Assembly (NCBI RefSeq): GCF_006345805.1
Contig: NC_043004.1
Coordinates: 77,004,001 to 77,068,000, forward strand
Length of the DNA stretch: 64,000 nt
Source: Octopus sinensis
Lineage: Eukaryota
Reading direction: 5' to 3'
Shown here in pieces: positions 51,740 to 64,000 of the stretch. Numbering within the stretch: position 1 is the first letter of the stretch; every line of letters begins with the position of its first letter. Made by a program: the position numbers and the translations under genes. The notes beneath the pieces are model-generated. The model did not search any database. It was not told where the DNA came from and saw only the letters and a list, made by a program, of their open reading frames with translations.

Positions 51740-52960
51740 TGTGATTAGCATAGCGATTTTTAAAATTCTCCCTCACATAGTCCGATATAGCCCTTCTTAT
51801 CGGTTATGCTATTATCTATCGTTGCTGTAACTTCTGCCTCATATTTGACGGATTCAATCATACATTGCTGGTCGAGTAGACAGGTTCCTGGGTCTCGACA
51901 GTTACAACTGGGAGTGGGCTCTTGGTGTTGGTCTCGTATAATGATACTCTTCATATTGGGGCAGTAGCTTAATTCGTCGAAGATATAATTTTTAAAATAG
52001 TCTTCAACGCCACCAGACACGTTTCGATAACTATTTGTTTTACAATGGTAAATAACAAAAACGTTTAGGAGAGATTGAAGGTACAAGAAAAGAAATCGGA
52101 AAAATAGGTTTAAAGGATCAAATGTTCATACAAATTCCAATATTCAATAAGTTTCACAGAGATAGACATTAATACAAGTTGAAATGTTCGATGGATTTCA
52201 CAATAGTCATACATGGTTGAAAGTTCAGTAACATTGAGTTATATTAACAATTAGATATGATGAAGATTTTAGAGAGTAAGAAAAAGAAATAAGAGAAAGG
52301 AAAAATACTTTTTTGCAATCTCTGTCTTAGAGTGTAAAGGAGAATTCTTCGCCGCTGGTTTTGCTGGTGAGAACTGCTTTAAGCTGAAACTACTTTGTAT
52401 ATATAGGTTTTTAAGGTAAAAGTTCAAGTTTTGATATGAGTTGTGAATTTAATGACGTCACTTGTTTTTATCCGTCTATGGTCTCGTAATTTGGTTGGCT
52501 AATTGCCTATGTCATTTGTTTTACGGATATTCTGGTCATGTATTCCTATTGGGCAGAAGTCCAGCGTTCTAGTTGGTTCACTTCCTGACGACTGTTTTGA
52601 TCACTTTGTTTTTGACGAGTAGAAATCCAATGGCTTTTTGGTTGATTTTTTGCATACATCATCTATTTTTGTCAAAGGTCTTGGTAACTTTTTATCTGGC
52701 GGTTGTCTAGCGTTCCGGCTGGTTGATTTCCTTAAGAAGTCTCTGGTTTCAGTCAACTCAACGTTTATGTGTCTGTTTCTGAAGTTCTAATTAGCTAAAC
52801 CCAGGATGACGCCAGTAACTATTGTTTGGAAAGATGTACAGCTGTTTGAATTTAGAGTTTCGAATCTCGAAGACAGCCTATTTCTTAAACTCTTCATTTA
52901 TGCCTGTAGTTTCTTGTCGTTTTTCGTGGTTCGTCGATAAACTGCGAGTATAGAAGACTT
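51740..52960 (-). mobile_element. Penelope-like element relic (linker + GIY-YIG start; upstream part poorly resolved)
   Basis: LSYCPNMKSII..SCNCRDPGTCLLDQQCMIESVKYEAEVT..KKGYIGLCEGEF at 51760-51990. The extent beyond about 52100 is uncertain. Confidence 0.7.
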
Positions 52961-53218
52961 ATAAATTTTTATGTATAGTCACTTATAGTCACTTATAGTC
53001 ACTTATAGTCACTTATATAATACATACTTATGCATATGCATGTATGTGCGTTTCTGCCTGTGGATTTTATCTATCTACCCACCTACCTACCTATCTATCT
53101 CATTCTCTCTCTCTATATATATATATGTGAGTGAATGAGTGTGTGTGTGTGTGTATGTAAGATATACATAATACTCACACACACATACAAGCATACATAC
53201 ATACATGAATGCATGCAT

Positions 53219-53267
<49 letters not shown>

Positions 53268-53423
53268 CACACACATATACACACAGTGGCAGGTGCGTGA
53301 AAGATTATATTACAGCTCACTTCACTCTAACAATTATTTTTCATATAAAGTTTTATCCCTCCGTAAATCTACAACATATATCTATTTTAACACTTTCAGC
53401 AGACATGACATGTCCAGAAATTC

Positions 53424-53473
<50 letters not shown>

Positions 53474-53797
53474 GTAATTTTTTATGCATCAGATGTGAAT
53501 TTTCAAACTCTTTCTAGTTTTACGTATTTTGGAACACGCTATGGGGGGCATGGTAGGACGCAGCAGAGAAATGTTCATAGATTATTTTAGCAATATTTCA
53601 CTTGTCAGTTCTAATTATGTATTTTATGAAACACAATTAGGCAAGATTGTCTCTTTCTGTTTTTAGTTCTGCAATGGTTTACTGCTTCACAATATTTCAT
53701 ATTTTCTCCTGTTGCAAGCCGTAGGGCTAACTGGAAGCAGAAATTTCTCTTGGAGAGGTTTTGTTCTGCTGTTATTTGAAGTAGATAGAATATATAC

Positions 53798-54200
53798 ATT
53801 TCTTTACTACCCACAAGGGGCTAAACACAGAGAGGACAAACAAGGACAAAGGGATTAAGTCGATTATATCGACCCCAGTGCGTAGCTGGTACTTAATTTT
53901 TCGACCCTCGAAAGGCAAAGTCGACCTCGGCGGAATTTGAAATCAGAACGTAACGGCATACGACATACCTATTTCTTTACTACCCACAAGGGGCTAAACA
54001 CAGAGAGGACAAACAAGGACAGACAAACAGATTAAGTCGATTATATCGACACTAGTGCGAAACTGGTACTTAATTTATCGACCCCGAAAGGATGAAAGGC
54101 AAAGTTGACCTCGACGGAATTTGAACTCAGAACGTTACGGCAGACGAAATACGACTATGCATTTCGCCCGGCTGCTAACGTTTCTGCCAGCTCACCGCCT
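53798..54200 (-). mobile_element. SINE-B concatemer: one head + two body units, 17-bp TSD
   Basis: TSD GTAGATAGAATATATAC at 53781-53797 and 54203-54219. Internal junction (rc) AAAGAAATAGGTATGTCG. Confidence 0.92.
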
Positions 54201-54599
54201 CTGTAGATAGAATATATACGATATCCCACCTAATGTACGTAGGTACACTTCAAGATTTTAGTGGGTTATCTAATCATCTTTTTACCTGGGCACCATAATA
54301 GTGCAGTTGCCCTATGAGCTTTTGATTTCTTTTTTTTTTTTTTCTTGGCTTCCCTTGCATGATTCTTTCCTCCTTTAGTCGGGCTGGTACACAGTTTCAA
54401 ATCCCCCCAAATTATCATTAACAGCACTTCGTGTCTCGTAATACGTTTCCCACTTTGCTTTTTTGTACCAACTTTAATGACTTTAAGAGATTTAGCCAGA
54501 GTACCTTGGCTGACTTTAGGTTGAAGCATTTTGGGTCGGTCGGGCAAGTATTGCACAGCTGCTCTAGCGGAATTCTCATGTATGTTTAAAGAAAGATGG

Positions 54600-54714
<115 letters not shown>

Positions 54715-55599
54715 CACTTCAGTAAAATGTTTGGTGCAACTGCATAAAATATGTACCTTCTTCAACTGATCTGCTTCATTGAGAGTTACCGTTGAAAATT
54801 TAATATCGCTTTTTTTGTCTTTACTTGTCTATTTTTTGTTGGATAGAATCAACTTCTACTTATTTCCTGTACATATTTTATCTGACCTGTAGAACGAAAC
54901 AGCTGTAGAGACTTGCTTTCAAAACAGTGTAGGCACCTATTAATGAAAACTGTGGAAAGAATTAATATATTCGAAATATTTGAATATATTTTCACACTAA
55001 CAGAAATCCTATATTTAAAAGAAAAAAAATCAAGTTAAAATTGTACAATACATTTTAAGTGGTTTAAAACCATTTACCGTTTTGTTGTCAGCCAAATTCA
55101 TAAAAGAAATTGTGGTGATACGAACGAGAAAGAGAGAATGATTGTTAGCATGATTCATAATATTAGTTAGGTTTCGTATAATTCAAATTTTGCCCTACGG
55201 CCATCGAGATCAATTAAATATCACTGGTATACTGCTGAATTTAATTGCCTATACACTAATGACTACAGAAATTAACCTTACTTCAGGCCAAATGATATAA
55301 GGAAAACTTTATTCAACATATATCTTCATGCCGGTATGTGTGTGTGTGTATGTGTGCTTGCTTTGTGTGTAGGTAAATATGAAGACTAATAATAGTTGTT
55401 TATACTGGTTTCATAGACATTAGTATTATTTTATTATTCTTATAAAGCTTTTCATAATGACAGCTATTAAGATAGTTAAATATTTCTATATTGACTGTAC
55501 AAAATTAGTAGGAGTATCTTGTACTTAATTTCAGGTAAACTCCACAAAAAATTCATAAAGCTGCGAGATATGTATGATGATTTTAGACCTAGTGGTAGC

Positions 55600-55900
55600 A
55601 TAGATTTAAGATCCCTCATCTACACCACTGCATTCAGAAACATCGAAAAGCGGAATACATCAAAACTTTCAAGCTACAGCTGCCATTTAACAGAAAATGA
55701 TCAGACTTTGTCATCATTTAGAAGACTGACGGAAAATCCATACGTGAATGCTACGAAGAGATACAAGCTTTAAAAAGCAGAAAAGCCCATTACCCGAAAG
55801 AATTTGCGAAAAACAAGCTTGCGTCTTACTACCAAGACGAAAATCATTATTCCCTACATTCAGGAGAAATAACTCAAACTTAGACACAAAACACTATCAC
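55600..55900 (+). mobile_element. PLE GIY-YIG C-terminal relic
   Basis: FRNIEKRNTSKLSSY..PYVNATKRYKL*KAEK, cf. SF..K.N.T.LSKY..PY..G.KRC.LC..EK. Confidence 0.6.
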
Positions 55901-57059
55901 CCATAGGTCCCATATTCCTCTTGTATGACCCTTGCCCTTATAGTTCCTTACATAAGGTAACTGTAGGACTTCATGTTAATGTGTTTCTCCAAAATACTCC
56001 GAATTTTACGTTTTCAGATTATTCCACCCTTTCCCCAAATGTTCTCCTTCCTCTTTATTCTCTACATCTCTTACTCCATCTTCTACTTTACGCTACTCCC
56101 ACACACATATATATGCACTCACACACTCCAACACCACCCCTCTTTCTCATACCGCGACTTTCTTGAATCTTTAATATTTAATAGTTAATACTGAATATAC
56201 AGGGATGTGAGCGAGTGTGCGTGATATTTAACAGGCATAGATCTACACATTGATTCATTCAACATCATAGGCGATTAATGCCAGATAAAGTGATATGTTA
56301 TTCCGTTGGTTTACCTTTAGTTCGTTGTGTTTATGATTTCTTCTTTAAAGTATGTTTGTATTTTCGATATGATTTTGCTGTTTTAGTCAAGTATATTTTA
56401 TTTACTTATATTTTTAGGTGGGAATATTCGTTTAAATATATTTTCTCTAATTAAGGTATATCTTAAATAAATAGTGGGCTAGATTAGTTTATTTCCATGT
56501 CCCGTTATTTAGAGACGAACTGAAGTGATACGATATACTTAGAGCTTTGGTTCTATTCCTCTGTTTTAAATAAGTTGTGAGGTCGTAATATCTATTGATT
56601 CATATTATTTAATCAGTCTATATTTTTGCAGTTCCAAATTGACTTTATACTAGGTTATTATTATTTTCTGTTTTCAGTATTGGTAGTTCGTTTTAGTGTT
56701 CTGTAGTTTTCAAATTCTATAAATCGTGGGTGTCAATGTCCATATTGACGATATTTCTCTGTTTTCTCTTCCATTTTTTAAAATCAGTGTTTCGTAGCTA
56801 TAGTGAAGATTTGTGTTTGAGATTTGATGTTTGCATTGGCAACGATAAACCGGTGTAACTTCTATGGTCCATTAATTTTTGGAATTGTTAATGGACCATA
56901 ATTATAATTTCTTCTTTTTTTTTTTCGATCATTGAACAACCTAACACATATTCTTTTCATTCTGGTTCTTCTTTCATTTTTCGAAAAACCGGAAAGAACT
57001 AATATCTTCGATTGGGGATATTCTTCATTTTCATATGTTCTGACCGCTATGTTTATCTC

Positions 57060-57430
57060 CAGTCTCGAGCTAATCGACTTTTTCGTTTTCCACATGAAAC
57101 GGAAAATAAGGCTGGAGAAGAAATGCCTGTCGCAAAGTGTGTTTCGTAAAAGATGGAAGCCTATAGCAAGCATGTTGCGAGTGAAAGAACCTGTTTAAAC
57201 GAGAATATAAAAAGGAAAAAGCAAAGTCTTCAGTGTGAGTGTGTGGTTTTTGGGGTCAACTACGTCCTCCGCTTCATTTTTTGTTAATCACTCATTCTCA
57301 TTTAATTGTATATATTTTAATTGTTTGTTTATTCATACGTTTCGTCTCATTCGATACCCTGACCCCAACGTTTGTTTTGTCAGTCCTTGTATCGTCCCCT
57401 CTTTTTCTCAACCATATGGTGAATAAAGAA

Positions 57431-57432
<2 letters not shown>
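57060..57432 (+). mobile_element. Tx1-clade LINE 3' end (ORF2 C-terminus + 3' UTR)
   Basis: LIDFFVFHMKRKIRLEKKCLSQSVFRKRWKPIASML, then a T-rich UTR ending GAATAAAGAAAT next to (TC)n. Confidence 0.6.
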
Positions 57433-57481
<49 letters not shown>

Positions 57482-57808
57482 ATATATCTCTATATATAAA
57501 ACTGAAATGCGTTTTTACCGCTTGGATCGCTTTCAATGCCACTACATCCCGTCCGATTCGCTCCAAAATTTACAGGGACATGTAGAATGAGGTGACGATG
57601 TCCGTGGGCTACCTTAGAAATCCCTATCTTAAAAGGTGTGGTTGCTAGGGGCCATCTTCCTCACTCACGCTATTTCCTCCATTCCCCTCTAACTCCCCTT
57701 CATAATAACTTTGACAAGTCCACTCCCGTTATTTAATGTAAAGTTCGTCAGACGGTGTTCTTTGATGTATCTGTCTGCATTCATAGGGAGAATTATCATC
57801 GCCACACG

Positions 57809-58269
57809 CTGTCATGCTATTAGCTGTCAGAAGTGAAAGTACGTCAACTTCGTGTATTTACGTCGTCAGGTTTATACCTTCGTTAATTTACGCCGTTTAT
57901 TTACGTACCACCACGCTGTTAGGTTTATAAAACAATTGAAGTTCAGTTTAAAGTTTATAAATAAATACATTTCATTCCATGTTCTGTTTAAACTTTATAA
58001 ATAAATATATTTTTGCATTATTCATTATTGTTTTTAAAAAAGAAATCACACCAAACCTGCACAAATGACCACCACCACCGCGATCACATACACCAATCAT
58101 ACAGACGTGTGTGTGTGTGTGTATATGTGGCTATATGTCTGACTAACGTGTGTGTGTCTGTATTTATTGTATGTGTGTATAAGTAGTTATATGCTAATAT
58201 TATCCATTATACTAATATTTGTCTGTTGAAATCCGTTTTAAGGCGGTCAGTTTAATTAAAGATGTGTCT

Positions 58270-58309
<40 letters not shown>

Positions 58310-58672
58310 GTGTATATATACATGTATATACATTACACATGTATATATATATGTATACACATGTATATATACACATGTATAAATATATATGTATACACAT
58401 GTATATATACATATGTATATATATATATACATATATAGACACATCTTTAATTAAACTATTGACCGCCTTAAAACGGATTTCAACAGACAAATATTACTAT
58501 AATGGGGAATTAAATGTATTTATTTATAAACTTTAAACTGAACTTCAATTGTTTAATAAACCTAACAGCGTGGTGGTACGTAAATAAACGGCGTAAATTA
58601 ACGAAGGTATAAACCTGACGTAAATACACGAAATTGACGTACTTTCACTTCTGACAGCTAACAGCATGACAG
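57809..58672. repeat. Nested long inverted repeats (foldback structure)
   Basis: 57809-57978 pairs with 58506-58672 (about 170 bp), and 58204-58272 pairs with 58434-58505 (about 70 bp). Few mismatches. Confidence 0.9.
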
Positions 58673-58826
58673 TCTGGGTCAACAGTTCGTTTCCTCGGAG
58701 GATATGGAAATTCCTATAACCCGTCAGAGAAATAACAACAGCAGCTCACAACTATTTCAATAAAGACAAGGTTACCTGCTTACCAGTCGAATTCAGCGTC
58801 AACGCTCATGTATGAGAGAGACTCCA

Positions 58827-58859
<33 letters not shown>

Positions 58860-58863
<4 letters not shown>

Positions 58864-59130
58864 ATGTGTGCATTATGTGGTCGGTCGGTTCAGCTGAAAA
58901 TATGCACACCTATGTTAAAAGTGCTGGCAAGTTTGCATGACAACTATTTTTTTCCTCAAATGAAACGCGTGACCCCTACGACAAAATTCCTCATCTTATA
59001 AAATGTGGCCCCAGTAGACCCGAATGAAATCGGGTTATATTAACCAAAATGTGAAAAGGGGTCTAAATGGGGCTGGAAGGGGATTAAAATTTAAAGGAGC
59101 GAGTGTTTATGAATTCTCTGTTACATCAAT
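58860..59130 (+). repeat. About 270-bp direct repeat of 61068-61335 (probable Helitron 5' region)
   Basis: ATAATGTGTGCATTATGTGGTCGGTCGG..GAATTCTCTGTTACATCAA is present twice, each after (CA)n(TA)n. Confidence 0.85.
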
Positions 59131-59191
59131 GCGTTCATTTATATATGTGTGTGTGTGTGTGTGTGTTCTATATATAAATACGTATATATAA

Positions 59192-59588
59192 CTAGCAGTA
59201 TCGCCCGGCGTTGCTCGGGTTTGTAAGGGAAATAACTATATAAGCATTTTTAGAGAGTTATAGTCAAAAAATAGGAAAAAAATGCATTAAAAATGGAAAA
59301 AAAATTAAGGTAAATTTCTTTTTAAATCGTTGACACATCGTAGATATTTTTAGAGAGTTACTTCCCTTATATAATAGCGAAAAAAATGCATTAAAATGGA
59401 AAAATATGATGGTAAATTTTTTTAAATCGTAGACTCATCGTAGATGCGCGCTAATACCCAGAAGGGCTCGATATGACTCACGACTATAAGATACCCGGTT
59501 TTGGTTAAACTGCACTGCAAAATGTGGGAGTAGTTAGGAATCTAAATCGTAGGAGACAGACACAGAACTTGACTTTTATATATAAAGA
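59192..59588 (-). mobile_element. Non-autonomous Helitron (same family as 44139-44522)
   Basis: Reverse complement starts A|TCTTTATATATAAAAGTC and ends with the hairpin + CTAG|T. Confidence 0.85.
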
Positions 59589-60099
59589 TATAAGTCACGT
59601 AGTTATATACACATACTTTGTTATATACACATTCTTAAAAGAAAATGTTATTTTGAATACAACATTTATAAAGAATAAAATATTTTTTGGTTTTCCTTAA
59701 CCCTTTCGTTACTATATTTCTGACCAAAATACACCCCTTATGTGTTTCAATTATTTTCTAACGTAATCATAAATTTAGTCTGGTTTCATTAAACAACAAT
59801 AACTTTTTTATTTATCAATATATTAATGTGATTTTTGGAAGATAATTTAATGAAATGTCCTCAACCAATTCTATACTATAATTTTAGTCACAAAGTGACT
59901 CTAATTGCAGGTAGATACAGGTAAATTCAACAATATATAAAATTATTAAAATTTTGTTCAAACATCGCTATAGAAAATGGGTTATTAGCTAATATTCAAT
60001 TGGGTATGCAACAAAATTTTACGATAGAATTTGTTATTCTGGGTAACTTTCTGATACCCATAATAATATTTATGGCAAAATAGGTCTTAATTTCATTTA

Positions 60100-60675
60100 A
60101 GGTTGTGGGAAATAACAAACTATCCTTTCTTTCGTTTTGTTTACGTTTAGCGTAACAGTTCGTTTCCGCGTAATGATTTCAAATAGGCTCATTCGAAAAA
60201 GTAAATAGAAATAGTTTAAGGCTTTACTCTTCTGGGAAAGTCTGTGGCTTGGTCCAGTTTCTTCAGAAAAATCACCGAAAGAAACAGTTTTTAAATTTTC
60301 ACTCCATTCAGGTACCAATTCGTTTTCTTTATCGCTGTCGGATTCACTGTTTTCACTTTAATAGCTGCAAACTTGCAAAGACAAAGGAGGAGAAGGGTGA
60401 TAGCGTCAGTGAAACAATTCGCTCCGTTTGTGTGTGTGTGCGTTTGCGTGTGGTGTAAACCACATTAAGAAATGCATTTGACATACACACCAGAATGTGA
60501 GTTTTCTCTAAATTTTGCTTAATTGGAGTTTAAATTTTAAAAACTGGACCTGGCATGACCCGATGCATTCTACTCTTAAAAATGCTAGGTAAATTGTAAT
60601 TGAAGAAATCCTATATTGTAGATTTCTATAACTTACAAAGGGAGGCAGATAAAATCTGCCTTTTATAATAAGAGA
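60100..60675 (-). mobile_element. Probable Helitron 5' portion
   Basis: Reverse complement starts A|TCTCTTATTATAAAAGGCAGATTTTATCTGCC. No 3' CTAG end found. Confidence 0.45.
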
Positions 60676-60977
60676 TGTATATATACAAAGTAATATATCT
60701 GTATTTATGTATATTAAACTTTTTAATACTTTTTGATAGTTATATATATTTTTAAACAAATTATAAATATAATTTAATTTTTTTTAAATTTAAATAATTT
60801 ACATTTTTCAATTTTATATTTTCTATATTTTCTATATTATATTTTTATTTTTATGTTTTTGTTTTTGGTTTTTCACTGTTTGATTTGCCTATTAGTGATT
60901 TTATCTCTAATTTAATTTATACATATATATATATATTTATAATTTGTATACATTTGTATATATAATGCGTGCACACA

Positions 60978-61067
<90 letters not shown>

Positions 61068-61071
<4 letters not shown>

Positions 61072-62301
61072 GTGTGCATTATGTGGTCGGTCGGTTCAGC
61101 TGAAAATATGCACACCTATGTTAAAAGTGCTGGCAAGTTTGCATGACAACTATTTCTTTCCTCAAATGAAAGGCGTGACCTCTAGGACAAAATACCTCAT
61201 CTTATAAAGTGTTGCCCCAGTAGACCCGAATGAAATCGGGTTATATTAACCAAAATGTGAAAAGGGGTCTAAACGGGGCTGGAAGGGGATTAAAATGTAA
61301 ATGAGCGAGTGGTTAGGAATTCTCTGTTACATCAAGCTAAAAAATTTGCGCCAGCCTTTTAATCGTCAATGTGTTGCCGTCCATGATGAAGAAGTTTTGA
61401 ATGCTTGCTGTGGTGAGTCTACTATCGTGAGAAAGAATCACTTCAAAACTTGGTGTTTACGAATTTTCTTTTACATCAAGTTCAAAATTTTACGCCAGCC
61501 GTTAAACTGTCAATACGTTGCTGTCCGTCGTTAAGAAATGCTAGCCATGGTGACTCTACTATCCTCAGATTCTATCCCTTCAAACTTTGGTTTCCAATAT
61601 TTTATTATTTTTATTCAGCTTGCAAGTTCGTCTGTCCCTTTTAAATGTTAGCGTTTTGTTGTCTGCCTTGAAGCAGACCTTTCCGTTGCCACTGCCTGAT
61701 ATTTATGATTGATCTTTCTAAATATTTTATTTCTCAACTTACTCAAGATCTTTTGTTGTTTATAAATGTGCGAGAGATAGATAAAGATAGAGAGTAAGAG
61801 AAAGCTAGGGAGAGTCCGAGAGAAAGAAAAGTAAGAGAGAAAGGAGAGAGAAACAAAGAGGGAGAATCATCATCATCATCATCGTTTAACGTCCGTTTTC
61901 CGTGCTAGCACGGGTTGGACAGTTTGACCGGGGTCTGGGAAGCCAGGAGGCTGCACCAGGTTCCAGTCTGATCTGGCAGTGTTTCTACAGGTGGATGACC
62001 TACCTAACGCCAACAACTCTGTGAGTGTAGTGGGTGCTTTTTTCGTGCCGCCGGCACAGGTGCCAGGGGGGCTGGCAGCGGCAACGATCGGTTGGTGCTT
62101 TTTTCGTGCCGCCGGCACAGGTGCCAGGGGGGCTGGCAGCGGCAACGATCGGTTGGTGATTTTTACGTGCCAACGGCACAGAAGCCAGTCAAGGCGGCGC
62201 TGCAATCGGCCACGTTTTTTTTTTTTTACGTGCTGAAAGGAAGCAACAGAAAGTAACAACCACACTCTTACCCGCGCGTAGAGCGGGTCACCTTCAGCTA
62301 G
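61068..62301 (+). mobile_element. Probable non-autonomous Helitron containing a nested retroelement
   Basis: The 3' end is clear: hairpin ACCCGC-GCGTAGA-GCGGGT then CTAG|T at 62298-62302. The 5' end is inferred. Confidence 0.55.
61867..62235 (-). mobile_element. Second copy of the RTE-tailed non-coding retroelement
   Basis: (CAT)n-CGTTTAACGTCCG start on +, with an internal tandem duplication of about 60 bp (62033-62153). Confidence 0.7.
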
Positions 62302-62519
62302 TATATATATATTATTAATTACTGCTTATCGGTTACATAAATACATACAAACATACATACATACATATATACATACATGCATACATACATACATACCAGT
62401 TGTGCTCCAGGTCATCAGCGTCATATGATACATGCCTGCTCGAAGAATTTCACGTTTTTCTGCAATATTTCTAACTCCAGGTGGCTTCTTTCTCCATTTC
62501 TAAGTTAAGGGTAAAAATA

Positions 62520-62750
62520 ATGCACTGAAGGTTTCGATCAAGCGAGCATTCAGTAAAATGGAAATGGAAGAAATAGTTAAGTCACGCGCGTCATTTCGTA
62601 AACGCATTGAACTGGTAAAGAAAGCAAGTGGCGGCCAAATTGAAGTGAAATAAGTTGACATAAATATAAAATTTGCAATGTTTGATTTTTCCGAGTTATA
62701 CCAATTATAATAAAGATATTTGAATGGTCCAGATTTACCCGTTACATTTT
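62520..62750 (+). mobile_element. Tc1/maT-type transposase C-terminal fragment and partial right end
   Basis: LKVSIKRAFSKM..SFRKRIELVKKASGGQIE*, cf. LKAAI..FR.R.E.VI.A.GG.IE. Confidence 0.6.
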
Positions 62751-62813
62751 CCTTTAATATTTCAATCACGAAAATGTTTTTATCGTTGCTGTTGTTGTTG
62801 TTGTTTCGAACAG

Positions 62814-62910
62814 GCTGCTGAAATTTCGATGAGGAAACAGCGTATTTTGATTGGAAAGGCCAAAGAAGAATGCTTTGACAGTATCAATTCTGATCCTCCA
62901 AAATACACAA
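62814..62910 (+). CDS. Candidate 97-bp exon AAEISMRKQRILIGKAKEECFDSINSDPPKYT
   Basis: (TTG)n-TTTCGAACAG acceptor, ACAA|GTGAGT consensus donor, single open frame, non-repetitive sequence. Confidence 0.45.
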
Positions 62911-64000
62911 GTGAGTAACCTTAACTTCATAGAAATTGTATAGTTTCATTGTAATGTCGAGAACGACCGCTAGCTGAAAGTACTGAGCTATATATTGTTG
63001 AGTCAACAGTTTATACACTGTAATTGATTCTGCTCTTTAAATCTGGATAAGATTTAGTCTATCCAAATCACTTCTTCTAAGCAGCTACAATCGACAATAT
63101 AGTCTTCCGGTAAGAGTTCCGGGGTCAATAAAAGTATCAGTTGTTCTCGCTACTTCCCTGCGGACGATATCGACTATAAACAAAAGTAATAACAAACAGT
63201 CGCGTTTTCGTTATCCTATAAATTTGAACCCCTGTATGTCTCTGTAGCAATTATCTTGGTGAATTAAATGAATGTATTAGTCCGACATGAATACAAACCG
63301 CTTATTATTTTTTTTGTCCGTAGATGATAACTATATTTTGGTCTTTAGTTAGCCCTAATTAAGACTTATGAACAAAATTATTGCAAAAGTGACCATCTCA
63401 TTTTTGAGTATATGTTGGTCTACTTTGTTCAGTGGAGGCACAGTGTAACATTTCTTTAAAACTAAAGAATGGATTTTAAAGAGACTCGGCTGTTCTTTCT
63501 AGTAGGGCGAGCTACCATAAAGCTGCTCCATTGCCTAGCAGTTATTATTGTTGTTGATAAATATACTGAACTATTCATTTTGTTGCTGCACTAAAAATTA
63601 AATTGAAACATTTTCTTTTTAACAGTGCCACCTTCAGATATATGTATTTATTTTATTTTATTTTATTTTTTTTCTTGTTTATTTTTGCCTATTGTAATTC
63701 ATCAATATGATATTAAACTTACTGTATTCATTATCTGAAATATATTTTACGTTATTTAAGTTGTTTTTTTTTGGGGGGGGGGGTCTTACGTTGATGAAAT
63801 TAATGTGTTATGAACACACTAACTTCATCAACCATCAACGTACGAAACCACTAAAGCCTCTTAAATAATGCAAAATGTATTTCAGACATGAACAGAATAA
63901 GTTCAGAAGATACAGTCTAATGTGTCTAGAAAAACTACCAGTTTAATTGACCTTACTTCGTTATATAAATGTCTTTATAGAATTGACTTATTCATGAAAA

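Noticed and set aside
52977-53016. (AGTCACTTAT)x4 tandem repeat as a regulatory array
   Set aside because: A short perfect minisatellite at the edge of a TE relic, with no supporting context.
55519-55773. ORF with YDDFRP as a possible Cys-loop N-terminal exon
   Set aside because: The downstream part matches a PLE GIY-YIG C-terminus, and it lies on the wrong side of the other candidate exons.

Overview
AT-rich, microsatellite-dense eukaryotic DNA with no intact long host ORF. It is probably a coleoid cephalopod (Octopus-like); this is inferred only from my recollection of the SINE families and repeat style. Most of the identifiable sequence is transposon debris. Retroelements include about 25 copies or fragments of three tRNA-derived SINE families (here called A, B and a third), and non-LTR fragments of the R4/Dong (3), CR1-group, Tx1/L1 (4-5) and RTE clades. 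There are also four Penelope-like (PLE) pieces, one with RT plus GIY-YIG. DNA elements include a Tigger/pogo deletion derivative, a mariner, a DD37D/maT-type Tc1-mariner, MITE/foldback palindromes and non-autonomous Helitrons. Almost all ORF-track entries rich in Y/I/C/V/M/H/T are translations of (TA)n, (CA)n or (TATG)n repeats. Several short + strand segments with good splice signals suggest the window may lie in the long introns of a host gene, but this is weak. The most notable items are: (1) a 2.1-kb TSD-flanked Tx1-like element encoding only a zinc-knuckle ORF1 with an unassigned C-terminal domain, inserted in the tRNA head of a SINE; (2) SINE-B head-plus-tandem-body concatemers inserted as single TSD-flanked events; (3) long, near-perfect inverted repeats; (4) a phase-compatible chain of candidate small exons with partial Cys-loop-receptor-like resemblance. 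All family calls come from manual translation and motif recognition, not database searches, and boundaries of degraded elements are approximate.
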